From assembly GCA_030248405.1 (NCBI GenBank), contig JARCMA010000067.1:1-43043 (forward strand): 43,043 nt of DNA, given 5' to 3'. The notes under the pieces are model-generated. The model had not been told where the DNA came from. It was given only the letters and a program-made list of their open reading frames with translations, and did no database searches. Source of the stretch: Microcoleus sp. MP8IB2.171 (GTDB taxonomy: Bacteria; Cyanobacteriota; Cyanobacteriia; Cyanobacteriales; Microcoleaceae). Shown in pieces: positions 1-9,567 of this stretch (positions within the stretch are counted from its first letter, which is position 1; each line of letters opens with the position of its first letter). The translations under genes and the position numbers were made by a program.

Positions 1-954
1 GACCCAATTCCCAGAACCCGTTCCAGCCATCAATCCCACCACTGTCACCACTCCCCCTACAGCCAACACAGCAGCCACGGCCCGATACTGGGCCTCGGAA
101 CTGGCGATCGCCCCCAAACCAGCTCCAACAGCGCCCCAAGCAGCCCCTGTGACCATTCCTCCCGCCTGAAAACCGGCGATCGACCCCCCCACCGCCCCAG
201 CCAAAACTAACGCCGCCAGCCACACTCTAGGCGTTGCTGAACCCTCCGCCAGCAAAATCGCGGCCCACAGCCAATCTGCACCGCAGATTAAAGCCCACAT
301 CCACAGCGGGGCGGCTGATACCGTCAAAATCCAACCGGTCAAGGCGTAACTCGCCACAGCGATTGCCAGCGGCCACCAAGGGAAGCTTGAATACTGTTGA
401 GATGGCCGCACTTCCCTCGGCGGGCTTGGCGGTTTTGAGTATTGAGTTGAAAATTCTTTTTTCCTTTTCGAGATAAGCTTTGGATAGTGTTGAGATGGCC
501 GTGCTTCCCTCGCAACGCTTCGCGCTGGTTGCTTTCTTCCCCGCCGCGCTGCCCGATTTTGAGTTGTAAATCGTTTCTTGCTTGAAGAGTTCTTTTGAGT
601 TTGAAATTTTTGGGAGGCGGCTTTTGGGCGGGTTTGACTGCGCTGGGAACCAGGCCTAGCGGCTGATTTTCCAGAACGCCTTCTCAGCGGCTTTTCGGGC
701 GCAGGGGGTGGCGGCTGCTGAAACTGTTTTTCGATCGACCTCGATTCCGGCTGACTCAGAAACAACACCAACTGCTGGTAAGCTTCATTAATTTCTGTTA
801 ATCTTTGGTGAGCTTTTTGTTGCAGGCGGTCGTTGTGGGCAAACCGATCGGGATGCCACACAAACGCTAAATCCTTGTAAGCGCGCTTAATTTCTTCTAA
901 GGAAGTTCCAGGATCAATTTCGAGGATTTCGTAGCATCGATTAATGTCAGCCAT
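1..954 (-). CDS. DnaJ (J-domain) membrane protein, 3' end runs off the window
   Basis: Not in the ORF track. Manual translation from ATG at 954 gives MADINRCYEILEIDPGTSLEEIKRAYKDLAFVWHPDRF (HPD motif), then a basic low-complexity linker and Gly/Ala/Trp-rich hydrophobic segments. The frame stays open to position 1. Confidence 0.88.
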   Translation of the reverse strand, partial: MADINRCYEILEIDPGTSLEEIKRAYKDLAFVWHPDRFAHNDRLQQKAHQRLTEINEAYQQLVLFLSQPESRSIEKQFQQPPPPAPEKPLRRRSGKSAARPGSQRSQTRPKAASQKFQTQKNSSSKKRFTTQNRAARRGRKQPARSVAREARPSQHYPKLISKRKKEFSTQYSKPPSPPREVRPSQQYSSFPWWPLAIAVASYALTGWILTVSAAPLWMWALICGADWLWAAILLAEGSATPRVWLAALVLAGAVGGSIAGFQAGGMVTGAAWGAVGAGLGAIASSEAQYRAVAAVLAVGGVVTVVGLMAGTGSGNWV

Positions 955-981
955 AGGCTTCGGGCAGGTGTTTGTAAATTC

Positions 982-1013
982 GCGTGAAGCGAAGCTATCC
1001 CGTAGGGAATCGT
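982..1013 (+). mobile_element. 24-nt micro-element (SDR-like) inserted in a degenerate HIP1 site
   Basis: GCG|TGAAGCGAAGCTATCCCGTAGGGA|ATCGT; near-identical copies at 12957-12988 and 29182-29213. Confidence 0.8.
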
Positions 1014-1102
1014 ACTTAACATCTTGTACTATTCTCAGCCAAGCTGCACAGTAAGCGGAGATCCGATCGAGTGTCAAGCGTCCTCAAGTCTGCGGGCCAG
1101 TC

Positions 1103-1134
1103 GATTTTAGATTTTGGATTTTGGATTTTGGATT
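1103..1134 (+). repeat. Heptamer short tandem repeat (STRR-type, GATTTTA/GATTTTG)
   Basis: gattttagattttggattttggattttggatt. Confidence 0.85.
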
Positions 1135-1238
1135 GAATAATTGGGAATGGCTGATTATATAAGAGTTTAGAGCTTGTTGGCAGTTGGATTCTTTGCTTGA
1201 ACTGGTATGACAACTGGCTACAATGAGAAAATAGTTTC

Positions 1239-4200
1239 GTGCGATCGGTATTTGTGTCTGTGTCGGCAAATCAAGCTCCCATCTTCATCTTAGTTGACGG
1301 TCACTCCCTGGCCTTTCGCTCCTACTTCGCCTTTGCCAAAAGTCGAGACGGAGGCTTGCGAACTACGACAGGCATTCCCACCAGCGTCTGTTTTGGCTTT
1401 CTCAAGTCACTGCTGGAAGTTATGGCCGCCCACGACCCCCAGTACATGGCGATCGCCTTTGACCTCGCCACACCCACATTTCGCCACGAAGCAGACGAAA
1501 CTTACAAAGCCGGTCGTGCGGAAACTCCCGAAGATTTCATCCCCGATATCAAAAACCTGCAAGAACTCCTCACCTATTTGAATTTACCAGCAATAACTGC
1601 TCCCGGCTTTGAGGCGGACGATGTTTTGGGAACTTTGGCAAACAAAGCCAGCGCGGCGGGTTATCAGGTCAAAATCCTCACGGGCGATCGAGATTTGTTC
1701 CAATTAGTAGAGACTGAGAAGCAAATCAGTGTACTATATCTGAGTACAGATGAACTTAGGCGATCGGGCAAAGGCAAATCCCAAGAATACGGCCCGGAAG
1801 AAGTCAAAGCCAAACTCGGTATTTTGCCCGCACAAGTAATAGATTACAAAGCCCTCTGCGGTGACAAATCCGACAACATCCCCGGAGTTAAAGGCATCGG
1901 CGACAAAACCGCCCTGCAATTACTGGAAGCTTACAATACTCTTGATGGCATCTATGCAGCCATCGATCAACTCAAAGGCGCAACTAAGAAAAAGCTCGAA
2001 GAAGGTAAGGAAGTTGCTTATCATTCTCAGCGCATGGCGACAATTGTTCAAGAAGTTCCTTTAGAAGTCAATTTAGAAGATTGTCAGTTGATAGGTTTTG
2101 ATGAAGCAGCTTTGATTCCGATGCTGGAAAAGTTGGAATTTAAAACTTTTTTAACCAAAGTTAAGGAAATTCAAAAGCGTTTTGGCGGCGCGGAAGAAGA
2201 AAGTTCGGCAGCGAGCAATGTACGGGATTTAACGGATGTCACGGATGGCGGTTCGGCATCGAGCAATGTGCGGGATTTAACGGATGTCACGGATGAAGGT
2301 TCGGCATCGAGCAATGTACGAGATTTAACGGATGTTCGGAAAAAGGGAGAATTTACAGTCTCTGAATTGTCTAATGCTGATAATTCAAGTGATTTTTCCG
2401 CTGCAAGTTCTGAAAGTTCAGAAGCAGAGGAATTGTGGTTTTGGAGTTATGCTGACACCAAAGCCGCCCAGCAGGAAAACCAACTGCCAATTAAACCGCG
2501 AATCATTCAAACAATCGAACAGTTAAACGAATTAGTCGAACTCCTGCAAACCTTCACCGACAAAGCCTCCCCCGTGGCGTGGGATACCGAAACCACCGCC
2601 TTAGAACCGCGAGATGCTGAATTAGTCGGAATTGGCTGCTGTTGGGGAACCGGAGAACAAGATTTAGCTTACATTCCCACTGGGCATAAAACGGGCACAA
2701 ATTTGGACAAAGCCACGGTTTTAAATGCTTTGCGTCCGATTTTGGAAGGTGAGAATTATCCGAAGGCGCTGCAAAATGCTAAATTTGATCGATCGATCCT
2801 ACGCTGTCAAGGAATCAAACTCGCCGGCGTTTGCTTCGACACCATGCTAGCTAGTTATGTACTCGATCCAGAACAAAAACATAACCTTGATGATTTGTCA
2901 AGTAAATACTTGCATAAGCCGGGTAAATCCCAAAAATATAACGAATTAGTGCCGAAAGGGAAAACAATTGCTGATCTCAGTATTCGAGAAGTAGCTAACT
3001 ACTGCGGCATGGATGTTCACAGCACTTTTCAGTTAGTAGGTAAACTGCGGGAATCATTGGAGCAAGCTGATAAAAATGCGCCATCTCAAAAGTCATTGCA
3101 TCGGTTGCTGTTAGATGTCGAACAGCCTTTAGAACCAATTTTAGCAGAAATGGAATACTGCGGAATTCGCGTTGATTCAGCCTATCTGCAAGAACTATCG
3201 CAACAGCTAGAAAAGAGATTAGCCGAACTAGAAGCAAACACCTATCAAGCAGCGGGGAGAGAGTTCAATTTAGGTTCCCCAAAACAACTCAGCGAAATCT
3301 TGTTAGAAAAAATCCCCGAACAGTTCCAGAAAAAGTCTCGCAAAACTAAGACGGGATACTCTACCGATGCCGCTGTTTTGGATAAATTGCAAGGAGACCA
3401 TCCGATTGTAGACGATTTATTAGAACACCGAACATTATCAAAGTTAAAATCAACTTACGTCGATGCTTTGCCGCAGTTAGTGCGTGCGGATACCGGGCGA
3501 GTGCATACAGATTTCAACCAAACTGCAACTGGTACCGGCCGCCTTTCTTCTTCCAATCCAAATTTACAAAATATTCCCATCCGTACCGAGTTTTCGCGGC
3601 AAATTCGCAAGGCTTTTTTGCCGGAGTCTGGTTGGCTGATGGTGTCGGCTGACTATTCTCAAATTGAACTGCGAATTTTGGCTCATTTGAGTCAAGAACC
3701 TGTGTTAATAGAAGCTTACCAAAATAACCGAGATGTGCATACCCTGACGGCTCAACTACTGTTTGAAAAAGAGGAAGTAACTCCCGATGAAAGACGGTTT
3801 GGCAAAACGATTAATTTTGGGGTAGTTTATGGTATGGGGGCGATTAAGTTTGGTCGTTCGATGGGCAAATCTTCCGCAGATGGCAAAGAGTTTATTAAGC
3901 GATTTAACGAGCGTTACAGTAAAGTTTTTGAATTTTTGGAGGGTGTGAAAAAAAGTGCGATCGCCCTTGGCTACGTTTCCACTATACTAGGTCGTCGCCG
4001 CTATCTAACATTCGACAAAAATGGTAGCCTCCAGCGCTTAAGAGGCGAAAATCCTCAAGATATTCACTCCGAACAACTGGCGCGCCTCAGCAGAGATGAC
4101 GCCCAATCTTTGCGGGCCGCAGCCAACGCTCCGATTCAAGGCTCCAGTGCTGATATCATTAAACTTGCCATGATTGATGTAGACAAAATTTTGCAAAACT

Positions 4201-4373
4201 ATCAGGCGCGGCTGTTATTGCAAGTTCACGATGAATTAATCTTTGAAGTACCTCCCGATGAATGGGAAGAATTGCAGCCGAAAATTAGAACTGCGATGGA
4301 AAATGCTCTGCCACTTAGCGTACCGCTGATAGTTGACATCCACGCAGGGCAAAATTGGATGGAAACTAAATAA
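1239..4373 (+). CDS. polA: DNA polymerase I
   Basis: 5'-3' exonuclease (LVDGHSLAFR, EADDVLGT, LTGDRD), 3'-5' exonuclease motifs (WDTETT, NAKFD, YCGMD) and polymerase motifs A/B/C (DYSQIELR, KTINFGVVYG, QVHDE). The true start may be GTG 1254 or 1260. Confidence 0.98.
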   Translation: MRSVFVSVSANQAPIFILVDGHSLAFRSYFAFAKSRDGGLRTTTGIPTSVCFGFLKSLLEVMAAHDPQYMAIAFDLATPTFRHEADETYKAGRAETPEDFIPDIKNLQELLTYLNLPAITAPGFEADDVLGTLANKASAAGYQVKILTGDRDLFQLVETEKQISVLYLSTDELRRSGKGKSQEYGPEEVKAKLGILPAQVIDYKALCGDKSDNIPGVKGIGDKTALQLLEAYNTLDGIYAAIDQLKGATKKKLEEGKEVAYHSQRMATIVQEVPLEVNLEDCQLIGFDEAALIPMLEKLEFKTFLTKVKEIQKRFGGAEEESSAASNVRDLTDVTDGGSASSNVRDLTDVTDEGSASSNVRDLTDVRKKGEFTVSELSNADNSSDFSAASSESSEAEELWFWSYADTKAAQQENQLPIKPRIIQTIEQLNELVELLQTFTDKASPVAWDTETTALEPRDAELVGIGCCWGTGEQDLAYIPTGHKTGTNLDKATVLNALRPILEGENYPKALQNAKFDRSILRCQGIKLAGVCFDTMLASYVLDPEQKHNLDDLSSKYLHKPGKSQKYNELVPKGKTIADLSIREVANYCGMDVHSTFQLVGKLRESLEQADKNAPSQKSLHRLLLDVEQPLEPILAEMEYCGIRVDSAYLQELSQQLEKRLAELEANTYQAAGREFNLGSPKQLSEILLEKIPEQFQKKSRKTKTGYSTDAAVLDKLQGDHPIVDDLLEHRTLSKLKSTYVDALPQLVRADTGRVHTDFNQTATGTGRLSSSNPNLQNIPIRTEFSRQIRKAFLPESGWLMVSADYSQIELRILAHLSQEPVLIEAYQNNRDVHTLTAQLLFEKEEVTPDERRFGKTINFGVVYGMGAIKFGRSMGKSSADGKEFIKRFNERYSKVFEFLEGVKKSAIALGYVSTILGRRRYLTFDKNGSLQRLRGENPQDIHSEQLARLSRDDAQSLRAAANAPIQGSSADIIKLAMIDVDKILQNYQARLLLQVHDELIFEVPPDEWEELQPKIRTAMENALPLSVPLIVDIHAGQNWMETK
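2203..2335 (+). repeat. In-frame 48-bp tandem repeat (about 2.8 copies) in the polA linker
   Basis: gttcggca starts at 2203, 2251 and 2299; encodes SA(A/S)SNVRDLTDV(TD) three times. Confidence 0.92.
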
Positions 4374-4384
4374 AACACAGAAAT

Positions 4385-4957
4385 ATGAGCCAACCTAAAA
4401 TCGCCATTTTCCCAAAAATAAAAACCTTAAGTGCAGTTGCTCTGCTATTGCTACTATTCGGGTGTCCACAAAAGCTACCGCCCAACAACTATGCTGTCAA
4501 ACGAGTCAGCGACGGCGATACCATTGTCGCCAGCGATGCCGCTGGGAAAGATATCAAAGTGCGTTTTGCCTGTGTAGATGCACCGGAAGTCGCGCACACC
4601 AATGCTGATAAAAATAGCAAAGCATCAGCACAAAAAAATCAATTTAAGTGGGGAAATCTAGCGCACCAAAGAATACAGCAGCTAGTTAAACAAGGGGGTG
4701 GTCGCGTTGTTTTGACCGTCACCGATACTGACCGCTACGGCCGCAAAGTTAGCGAAGTTCGCTTGCCAAATGGTACATTTGCCCAAGAAGTTTTGATCCG
4801 CGAAGGATTAGCAATGGTTTACCGTCCTTACTTGAAAAACTGTCCGAGTGCAAGTGTTCTGGAACAAGCGGAAGCCGAAGCTAAGAAAAATCGCCGCGGC
4901 GTTTGGGGAGATTCTAAGTTTGTTCCTGCTTGGAATTTTCGGAACAGTGATAAATGA
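4385..4957 (+). CDS. Thermonuclease (staphylococcal nuclease-like) lipoprotein
   Basis: Lipobox LLFGC; SNase motifs VSDGDT, VRFACVDAPE, DRYGR, AEAEAKKNRRGVW. Confidence 0.92.
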   Translation: MSQPKIAIFPKIKTLSAVALLLLLFGCPQKLPPNNYAVKRVSDGDTIVASDAAGKDIKVRFACVDAPEVAHTNADKNSKASAQKNQFKWGNLAHQRIQQLVKQGGGRVVLTVTDTDRYGRKVSEVRLPNGTFAQEVLIREGLAMVYRPYLKNCPSASVLEQAEAEAKKNRRGVWGDSKFVPAWNFRNSDK

Positions 4958-5022
4958 TCGGAAGCAGGAAGTTAGGCAATGGATTGTAGAACGCATTTAC
5001 GGATTTAACGGATGGATTTTGA

Positions 5023-5051
5023 GTAGGGACACGGCAATGCCATGTCCTGAC
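5023..5051. repeat. REP-like GTAG-flanked palindrome
   Basis: gtagggacacggcaatgccatgtcctgac, an imperfect hairpin. Confidence 0.6.
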
Positions 5052-5188
5052 GGGGAGCTACGACTTTTAATAATTGGTATAAGATTCAGGATTGTAGCAA
5101 GATTTTTTTAAATTGGTATTATGTTGTTGGTCTGGAATCTGGGAACCTGTATCAGATATTTACAGTCTTGGACTCATTCAGGTCTTGT

Positions 5189-5254
5189 TAAACCCGGTCT
5201 CTACTATAAATCTTAGGTTTAGCTGCTCCGCATCCGCCCAGAAACCGGGTTTCT
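5189..5254. repeat. Dispersed AAACCCGG/CCGGGTTT inverted-repeat family member
   Basis: aaacccggtctct ... agaaaccgggtttct; related motifs at 14514, 14616, 21817 and 23912. Confidence 0.6.
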
Positions 5255-5513
5255 AGAGCCCGATGCCGATCGTCCGTCCTAATTTAGTACAATATAATCA
5301 GGATGAGGTTCTGCTCGTACCGTCCGCAATCTGTGGAGTTTCGGCGATAGCTGACGCCAGATTAATCTAAAACCAGACATGAGTTCGATCGCACTTTTCT
5401 CCGACCTGTTTTTTCGGAAAAGTCAACAAATGTGATAGGCTCCAGATAAACTAATAGACTGCTGACAAAAGCGGTCTATTGCAATCACCCAAAATTAACT
5501 TTAAGGGACATCA

Positions 5514-6035
5514 ATGAATTTCAAACATCTGGTTATTTCCGGCCTTGCGCTGATCCTCGGTACTGCAATTGTAGGAAATGCGATTGCTCAAGAACTGACC
5601 GAAAACGAAAAAACGGTTATTTGTCGCTTGAAAACAGAAGTTGACCAGCGGAAAGGCAACGGTCAAAAATTAGTATTTGTGCCGTTGCTGGGCCAAGTTC
5701 GCAAGCAAGTTTCATCTCCTTTTAGAGCAACGCTGCATCCTAATGTGGAGTATGTTTTTGTTGCCACTTGCGACGGAAATTGTCAGGATTTAAACTTATC
5801 TCTCAAGGATGCCAGCGGTCAGGAAATCGCTGTGAGTCAAAAAACAGGCGAACTGGCGTCAATCTCTTTTACTCCCCCATCCCAAGGCGAATATCAAATC
5901 ACTGCTAAGCCTGGGGAATGCACGACGGCAGAGGGTTGCAGTTTCGGCATGGGAATCTTCGTTCCTACTTCTGCTAGCGTACCTAATGCTTCAAGAATTC
6001 CTGCTGAGATAGCACAATTTCGACTTTGCCAGTAG
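5514..6035 (+). CDS. Hypothetical secreted protein (signal peptide, Cys pairs, beta-sandwich-like)
   Basis: ATG with upstream AGGGA; signal peptide ending AIA-Q; TCDGNCQDLNL motif. Confidence 0.8.
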   Translation: MNFKHLVISGLALILGTAIVGNAIAQELTENEKTVICRLKTEVDQRKGNGQKLVFVPLLGQVRKQVSSPFRATLHPNVEYVFVATCDGNCQDLNLSLKDASGQEIAVSQKTGELASISFTPPSQGEYQITAKPGECTTAEGCSFGMGIFVPTSASVPNASRIPAEIAQFRLCQ

Positions 6036-6439
6036 GGGAACAGCGATAGAGTTGTGGGTTGCGAGTAGAGTAGAGTTTTCAATCAGAAATCTAACTCATA
6101 ACTTGCAACTTATAACTCGCGACTTATATCGCAACCACGCCCGACGGTGAGTACGTTCTTAATTACTGAAACCATGCCTTTGACTGGTTCTTCCTTCTTG
6201 CTTTTTTTTACTCTGAGCGACTTGCCCGCTCGCATCGCTGAAGGGAAGGTAGCCGAAGGCAGCCGAAGAGCCTTATTCCTTCTGCTATAATTTGTGACGC
6301 ATAACTCCTCCAAACTGTCAAGCCGATCGAGCTGTGGAACCCTGCAAAGACCCAATAACTACCGAAACCTGGCCCGAAGCCAGAACTTTATTTACCCTCC
6401 GGCAGGCATCAATTATAATATAGATGGTGCCTCTCAAAG

Positions 6440-8173
6440 GTGACGAGTACATTGCCCATGTCTTTAACCTTAGCTTTGAAAAATCAACTGCAGAACCGTC
6501 CTCAAATAGGGTTGAAAAGTCTGTTGGGCCGCTTGGGTATCAGGCAGAAAATCGGCTGCGGATACGCCTTGGTCATTAGTATTGCCGTTTTGGGTGCTGT
6601 GGCGGGACGGGGAGTAGAATCCTATCACAAACAGCAAGTTAGAGAAAAACTAGCGATCGACCGAGATAAAGCGGAAATCCTGACAAACCTCAATAACACG
6701 GTGCAGGAAGTCAGAATTCAGCAGCAAGAGCTGGCGAGTCTGACGGCCAAACCGCAAATTTTCGATCGCCAACGCTCGGAATTCCTGACTCGCGTTGCTC
6801 AGATGAGCGGCATCCTCGAACAACTGCAAACCCCGTCGCCGACGAAGAATCCCGAGATTGCCAAAGACTACCAACAGCTTCAACAGTTCGCTCAAGTCAA
6901 CGGCAAAACCGTAGAATCATACTTTCAACAAGTACAAAAATTGTTGGCTACTGCGAAATTATCTGCTTTGAATCCGCAACAGCAGCAGGCTTTCGGGCGG
7001 AACTTGAACAATTTTGTGGCGGGCGAAACTGCTTTGAAACTCAAACAGTTTTCCGAGGATTCAGCCCAACTGGCCGCCAACTTTCGCGATAAAGCAGACG
7101 AGGCATTTAGAACCTACGAGGAAGCAGAAAAACTTGGAACTCTGATTCTGGTTGGCTCTCTAGCAGTATCCGCTGGTCTCGCAGCCGTACTTGCAGCATA
7201 CACCAGCGGGGCGATCGCCCGCCCCTTAGAAGCCACCACCCTCATCGCTCAGCGAGTGACAGAAGAATCAAACTTTGATTTGCAAGTACCCGTCACTACC
7301 TCTGACGAAGTGGGAATGCTGGCAATTTCTCTCAACGAACTCATTCAGCGGGTAGCAGAATATACAGAAGACTTGCACGAAGCAAAAGTAGCCGCCGAAG
7401 CTGCCAACCGCTCCAAAAGTGCATTTCTCGCCAACATGAGCCACGAACTACGCACCCCCCTCAACGCCATCATTAACTACAGCGAAATGCTGCAAGAAGA
7501 TGCTCAAGATTCCGGTTCAGAAGACTTTCTCCCGGACTTAGAAAAAATTCAAACCGCAGGCAAACACCTGTTGGATATGATTAGCGACATCCTCGATATT
7601 TCCAAAATAGAAGCAGGTCACGTCACCCTTTATTTGGAAAACTTCGACGTGGCAACGATGATTGAAGAAGTGATGACTACGGCTCAACCGCTAGTAGAAA
7701 AAAAAGGCAATGCTTTAGCACTGAAAACAAAAGGTGAACTCGGCACAATGTACGCCGATCAACCGAAAGTGCGGCAAATTCTCCTCAATTTGCTCAGCAA
7801 TGCTGCCAAATTTACCGAAAAAGGCGTCATTACTATCGGCGTCGAAAGAATGAAAATTGAAAAATCAAGGCCGGCGAAACAAAATAAAAATAATGATTTT
7901 CAATCGGGTTCAAACTACACTTCCCAAGTTCTAATATTTCGAGTCAGCGACACCGGCATCGGCATGACGGACGAGCAATTAGAGCAGATATTCAAACCTT
8001 TTACCCAAGCTGATGCTTCGACTACCCGCAAGTACGGAGGCACGGGTTTAGGATTGACAATTAGCCAGCGTTTGTGTCAAATTCTCGGCGGCGAAATTAG
8101 CGTCGAAAGCGAGGACGGTAAAGGTTCAACTTTTATTGTCAGTCTCCCGGAACGTGTGGTGATGCAGGCTTGA
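6440..8173 (+). CDS. Membrane sensor histidine kinase (2 TM, HAMP, HisKA, HATPase)
   Basis: [14 protein letters not shown] (H box), [10 protein letters not shown] (N box), [21 protein letters not shown]; HAMP segment DEVGMLA. The start could be ATG 6458. Confidence 0.95.
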   Translation: MTSTLPMSLTLALKNQLQNRPQIGLKSLLGRLGIRQKIGCGYALVISIAVLGAVAGRGVESYHKQQVREKLAIDRDKAEILTNLNNTVQEVRIQQQELASLTAKPQIFDRQRSEFLTRVAQMSGILEQLQTPSPTKNPEIAKDYQQLQQFAQVNGKTVESYFQQVQKLLATAKLSALNPQQQQAFGRNLNNFVAGETALKLKQFSEDSAQLAANFRDKADEAFRTYEEAEKLGTLILVGSLAVSAGLAAVLAAYTSGAIARPLEATTLIAQRVTEESNFDLQVPVTTSDEVGMLAISLNELIQRVAEYTEDLHEAKVAAEAANRSKSAFLANMSHELRTPLNAIINYSEMLQEDAQDSGSEDFLPDLEKIQTAGKHLLDMISDILDISKIEAGHVTLYLENFDVATMIEEVMTTAQPLVEKKGNALALKTKGELGTMYADQPKVRQILLNLLSNAAKFTEKGVITIGVERMKIEKSRPAKQNKNNDFQSGSNYTSQVLIFRVSDTGIGMTDEQLEQIFKPFTQADASTTRKYGGTGLGLTISQRLCQILGGEISVESEDGKGSTFIVSLPERVVMQA

Positions 8174-8178
8174 CGGAA

Positions 8179-8264
8179 GTTGACAGTTGACAGTTGACAG
8201 TTGACAGTTGACAGTTGACAGCAAACAGGTTGATAGTTGATAGTTGATAGTTGACAGTTGACAG
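8179..8264 (+). repeat. Heptamer STRR tract (GTTGACA/GTTGATA)
   Basis: Six GTTGACA units, then three GTTGATA and two GTTGACA. Confidence 0.92.
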
Positions 8265-8276
8265 TAGTCATTAGCC

Positions 8277-8339
8277 GTAGGGTGCGTCGCCATCAACAAT
8301 CCATAAAAAAATCAACAATCCCCGAGCGACGCACCTTAC
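8277..8339. repeat. REP/MITE-like inverted repeat
   Basis: gtagggtgcgtcgc ... gcgacgcaccttac. Confidence 0.7.
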
Positions 8340-8379
8340 AAAATTAATCAGCAGTCATTAGTTGTTATACACTGGAAAA

Positions 8380-8763
8380 ATGAGCAAGTACATCATTTTT
8401 AGAGCTGAATTGACTGAGGAAGAAGGTGCAGAAAACAGACTGCTAGCACATACGGGAATGCTTACCGACATTCTTGCCGAACACTTCGACTCTTCTAACC
8501 GACCAATTCCTCAACCGGGATACAGATTTCCAGAATTTCACCGGATAGAAAAGTTTGCAGACCCAAAATTTCCCGCTGCGAGTACGCACAGCCGAGTAGG
8601 AGATTGGGAAGTTGTCAGAGTTCAAACTTACTCGGAAGATTTACCTAGCAGCGAGTTTGAGAAAATTGTCGTGTGCTATTGCAGGTTCGCACCTGTAAAT
8701 ACTCCCCTCGAACCGATGCCACAGATTCAAGTTGCTCTTATGTTGCAGGAAACACAGGTTTAG
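8380..8763 (+). CDS. Hypothetical protein
   Basis: Open frame with likely ATG at 8380 (MSKYIIFRAE...); composition is protein-like. Confidence 0.75.
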   Translation: MSKYIIFRAELTEEEGAENRLLAHTGMLTDILAEHFDSSNRPIPQPGYRFPEFHRIEKFADPKFPAASTHSRVGDWEVVRVQTYSEDLPSSEFEKIVVCYCRFAPVNTPLEPMPQIQVALMLQETQV

Positions 8764-8897
8764 GAGGTGTTTTTTCTAAGTTAGACTTCTTGGATAAATC
8801 TTTGATTAATTGATTGACCGCTGATTTAAGGCAGACAAACGCAGATCAACGCAGATTATTCTAAAATAGTTTGCGACTTTTGCCAGAATTCTACGGA

Positions 8898-9104
8898 TTA
8901 ATTATTGAGTAATCCTAACATTTTCTTCACTTCTGCTAAAGGCATAGAAGGCTGATTTGTATCTTCCTCTTTGGCGGCCCTCAAATCAATCAAATCTTCT
9001 ATGTCAGCAATTAATTCTTGGAGTGCTTCAAATTCTTCATAAGGTATCACTGCAAATTCTTTTTTGCCGTTTTTGGTGATAAACTCAGGATGTAATGGAA
9101 TCAT
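8898..9104 (-). CDS. Type II antitoxin, Phd/YefM-like
   Basis: MIPLHPEFITKNGKKEFAVIPYEEF plus acidic C-terminus; GGAGGA RBS; directly downstream of the RelE-like gene. Confidence 0.82.
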   Translation of the reverse strand: MIPLHPEFITKNGKKEFAVIPYEEFEALQELIADIEDLIDLRAAKEEDTNQPSMPLAEVKKMLGLLNN

Positions 9105-9123
9105 AGATATTTCCTCCAAGCGT

Positions 9124-9372
9124 TTAAGTGTAAGCATCTTTGCGATGTTTGACGCGGTAGATCACCAAAATATCTTCCTCAATTTCAAATAAAACTCGGT
9201 AATCTCCTACCCGCAGCCGATATTCTGGCGTATAGTTTGTTAAGCGTTTCACATCCCCCGTCAAATTATTTTGGATTAACTCAATTTTAGTCAAAACTCG
9301 GCTTTGTACCTCCGCTGGCAAAGATTGTAAATCTTTGATCGCTTTCGGCTTAAACTCAACTTGGTAATTCAT
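9124..9372 (-). CDS. Type II toxin, RelE/ParE family
   Basis: MNYQVEFKPKAIKDL...YRLRVGDYRVLF...VKHRKDAY, a typical RelE/StbE signature; ATG at 9372 preferred. Confidence 0.92.
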   Translation of the reverse strand: MNYQVEFKPKAIKDLQSLPAEVQSRVLTKIELIQNNLTGDVKRLTNYTPEYRLRVGDYRVLFEIEEDILVIYRVKHRKDAYT

Positions 9373-9567
9373 CAAAGTGCAACTTTTAGTCGGGACAGTT
9401 GACCTTTTGCTTGCGAGGGACTGCGACACATGACGGATATACCTATCTCCACATACGGGAACACCGATCGCCCCCGCGTCCGTAATTCCCTACAATCATA
9501 ATTATACGGGCAATTAAGCAATTGCCTCTACAGTATAGATCGCCTTCAATTCAGGGAATCAAAATTT

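Noticed and set aside
234-476. 80-aa plus-strand ORF, and the many similar 60-140 aa ORFs overlapping larger genes
   Set aside because: Shadow or alternate-frame ORFs of well-supported genes or repeat tracts, with no motifs.
2203-2460. Intein in polA
   Set aside because: No Cys/Ser...His-Asn splice motifs; it is a low-complexity repeat linker.
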